Source: Armatimonadota bacterium (GTDB taxonomy: Bacteria > Armatimonadota > Hebobacteria > CAIYQO01). Taken from it: 29,191 nucleotides of DNA. How positions within the stretch are numbered: the first letter of the stretch is position 1; each line of letters opens with the position of its first letter. Positions 27,775 to 29,191 of the stretch are shown here, one piece after another. A model generated the notes under the pieces. It ran no database searches. It was not told where the DNA came from and saw only the letters and a program-made list of their open reading frames with translations. A program made the translations under genes and the position numbers. The stretch covers positions 1 through 29,191 of the forward strand of contig JBBRXO010000022.1 of the NCBI GenBank assembly GCA_038248345.1. The letters run 5' to 3'.

Positions 27775-28755
27775 CTACCAGATGTACCCTGGTGGGGAAA
27801 GTACATCTGCTGCCTTTGCGGCTCTATTGCAGAAGTCAATTGGAGTATGCGGTGCCAGTAGCGCCTCCCGAAGCCGCGCTTCCAGCTCTTCGGGGCTGTA
27901 TGCCGTAGTGGTATCATGCGTGCGCCATTGCTGGTCATCAATTGTACGTGGTTGCGGCAGGAATATTGCCGGTACTCCGCAGGAGTGAACCTCATGGTAG
28001 AGATTATAACCACCGGCGCCTACCACAACATCAACTCCAGGAAGTAATTCTAATAACGGGTAATGATTTACCGCTTCTTCGCCAGTATAGCCAGGCGCAG
28101 CTAATGATAAATGGGTGCTGATACCGGTGAATGAAAGTGCCTTACGGAGAATCGGAAAGAATGTCTCTGTCCATTTATTATCAGTAGAACTTACTCCGAG
28201 GACAACTGGCACGTTGCTGGTAACACCGAGGATTTGTCGGGCGGATTCGCGTGAGAGTAACTCGTGAACCTCACGCAGAAGAATCGGCTGGCATGCAATA
28301 TTTTCTACCAGTAGTGGAGGATCGGCGGTTTCCGCAAGAATTACCTGGTCGAAATAGGGTAGGGCGCTAGTAATTATCGGGCGGTAATCCGCACGAACGT
28401 GACGGTAGATGAAGACCTTTTTACACATCAGCTTGGGAATTATCTCGGTCAATTCAGCGCGTAATCCCAATGGGAAGACATCCATCAGCAGCACTTGAGG
28501 ATGAGAATTAGAAACGATGTCAATTACCGTACTGGAGAAATATTCATCAGGTGCAACATAGCGAAATGGTAAGTCTTCATGTATCAGCGGATATGGTTCT
28601 GCTACACTGGTAAGGACTAATATCGTGATAGCTGGGTGCAGATGACGCAAAATAGCGGCGGCGCGGGTTACGTGCCCGAGTCCGCCGCCACAAGCGTAGT
28701 AAAGGATGGTTGGTTCAGCTTTCAACGGCGCTGTTACCAGTGGTACTGCTTTCAT
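27775..28755 (-). CDS. GT-B glycosyltransferase, GT28/MurG-like
   Basis: YYACGGGLGHVTRA, MDVFPLGLRAEL, DVVVGAGGYNLYHE, PAIFLP.PR..DDQ..R. Start is ATG 28755 or TTG 28725, not 28857. Confidence 0.8.
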   Translation of the reverse strand: MKAVPLVTAPLKAEPTILYYACGGGLGHVTRAAAILRHLHPAITILVLTSVAEPYPLIHEDLPFRYVAPDEYFSSTVIDIVSNSHPQVLLMDVFPLGLRAELTEIIPKLMCKKVFIYRHVRADYRPIITSALPYFDQVILAETADPPLLVENIACQPILLREVHELLSRESARQILGVTSNVPVVLGVSSTDNKWTETFFPILRKALSFTGISTHLSLAAPGYTGEEAVNHYPLLELLPGVDVVVGAGGYNLYHEVHSCGVPAIFLPQPRTIDDQQWRTHDTTTAYSPEELEARLREALLAPHTPIDFCNRAAKAADVLSPPGYIW

Positions 28756-29116
28756 TTTTGTCAAAAGCAGCACGGTCGTTATTATCATAGTGGCGATTAT
28801 TACCCCAACCGTAAGGGTGGTAACTACCGTAGTAGGGGTAGGTGTAGTACGGGTCATAATAGGGGTCGCGATTTTGATTATTGCGGTTCCACCCCTGCTG
28901 TTGCTGCTGTTGCTTCATATTAAACGCCTCCGGGTCGCGCTTCTGCTGGCATTCCGGGCAGGCAAAACTGGTGGCGGGAATGGTGCTTCCAGGGGCGATC
29001 ACCGGGAAGGAATGCTCGTTACACACCGGCTTACTGCAATAACTGCACTCGCCGATTGACGTATTGGTGCATTGCTTCTGTAACAGGAATCCTTTAGTCT
29101 GTTCCTTGCATATCAT
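28715..29116 (-). CDS. Hypothetical protein: N-terminal Cys/His zinc finger (B-box-like) plus Q/N/Y-rich low-complexity tail
   Basis: AGGAG SD; C-x12-C-x7-CxxC-x4-CxxH...CxxC, then QQQQQQGWNRNNQNRDPYYDPYYTYPYYGSYHPYGWGNNRHYDNND. Confidence 0.75.
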   Translation of the reverse strand: MICKEQTKGFLLQKQCTNTSIGECSYCSKPVCNEHSFPVIAPGSTIPATSFACPECQQKRDPEAFNMKQQQQQQGWNRNNQNRDPYYDPYYTYPYYGSYHPYGWGNNRHYDNNDRAAFDKNESSTTGNSAVES

Positions 29117-29131
29117 GATTATCTGCTCCTG

Positions 29132-29191
29132 TTATTTGATTAAGGCCAGCATTACGGCGGTTTTCTGCATATTGTTCCAACTTGAAATACC
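29132..29191 (-). CDS. Probable 3' end of an upstream gene (frame ambiguous)
   Basis: One frame reads ...GISSWNNMQKTAVMLALIK* and stops just before the next SD; another frame is also open from the edge to a stop near 29094. Confidence 0.3.
   Translation of the reverse strand, partial: GISSWNNMQKTAVMLALIK

Noticed and set aside
28756..28857. Thr-rich, TM-like N-terminal extension of the glycosyltransferase (MTRTTPTPTT...)
   Set aside because: Alternative-frame reading of the Tyr/Pro-rich tail of the upstream gene.
1..29191. CRISPR array, prophage, transposase/integrase or defence genes
   Set aside because: No regularly spaced repeats and no ORF with recognisable motifs of these classes; tRNA flanks carry housekeeping genes.

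Overview
Gene-dense bacterial chromosomal window that is mostly housekeeping: glycogen debranching enzyme, FabL-like enoyl-ACP reductase, purC, thrC, tRNA-Lys(CUU), serA divergent from a class V aminotransferase, an enlarged phosphohexomutase, an MFS transporter, mutM, lepA, cysE, tRNA-Ser(CGA), rpmB, nadC, scpB, thiC and a short GNAT-type argA. Envelope/accessory genes are interspersed: LptD-like, PQQ-type beta-propeller, metallophosphoesterase, LpqC-like esterase, and a putative beta-barrel+Ig protein. The mix of LptD-like, ScpB, FabL-like and near-consensus sigma70 promoters suggests a diderm Terrabacteria lineage such as Armatimonadota (inference only). I see no CRISPR array, prophage, integrase or transposase, and cannot demonstrate a complete novel multi-gene system. 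Best leads: (1) switch-like structured 5' leaders on serA and on thiC, the latter lacking a recognisable TPP riboswitch; (2) a Zn-finger protein with a Q/N/Y-rich prion-like tail coupled to a GT28-like glycosyltransferase; (3) a 49-aa zinc-ribbon microprotein missed by the ORF track; (4) a recurring AGGA-N18-GAA alternative-sigma-like promoter motif upstream of accessory genes; (5) a GTAG-type REP doublet; (6) a beta-barrel-then-Ig protein. All protein calls come from motif recognition by eye; no searches or folding programs were run.
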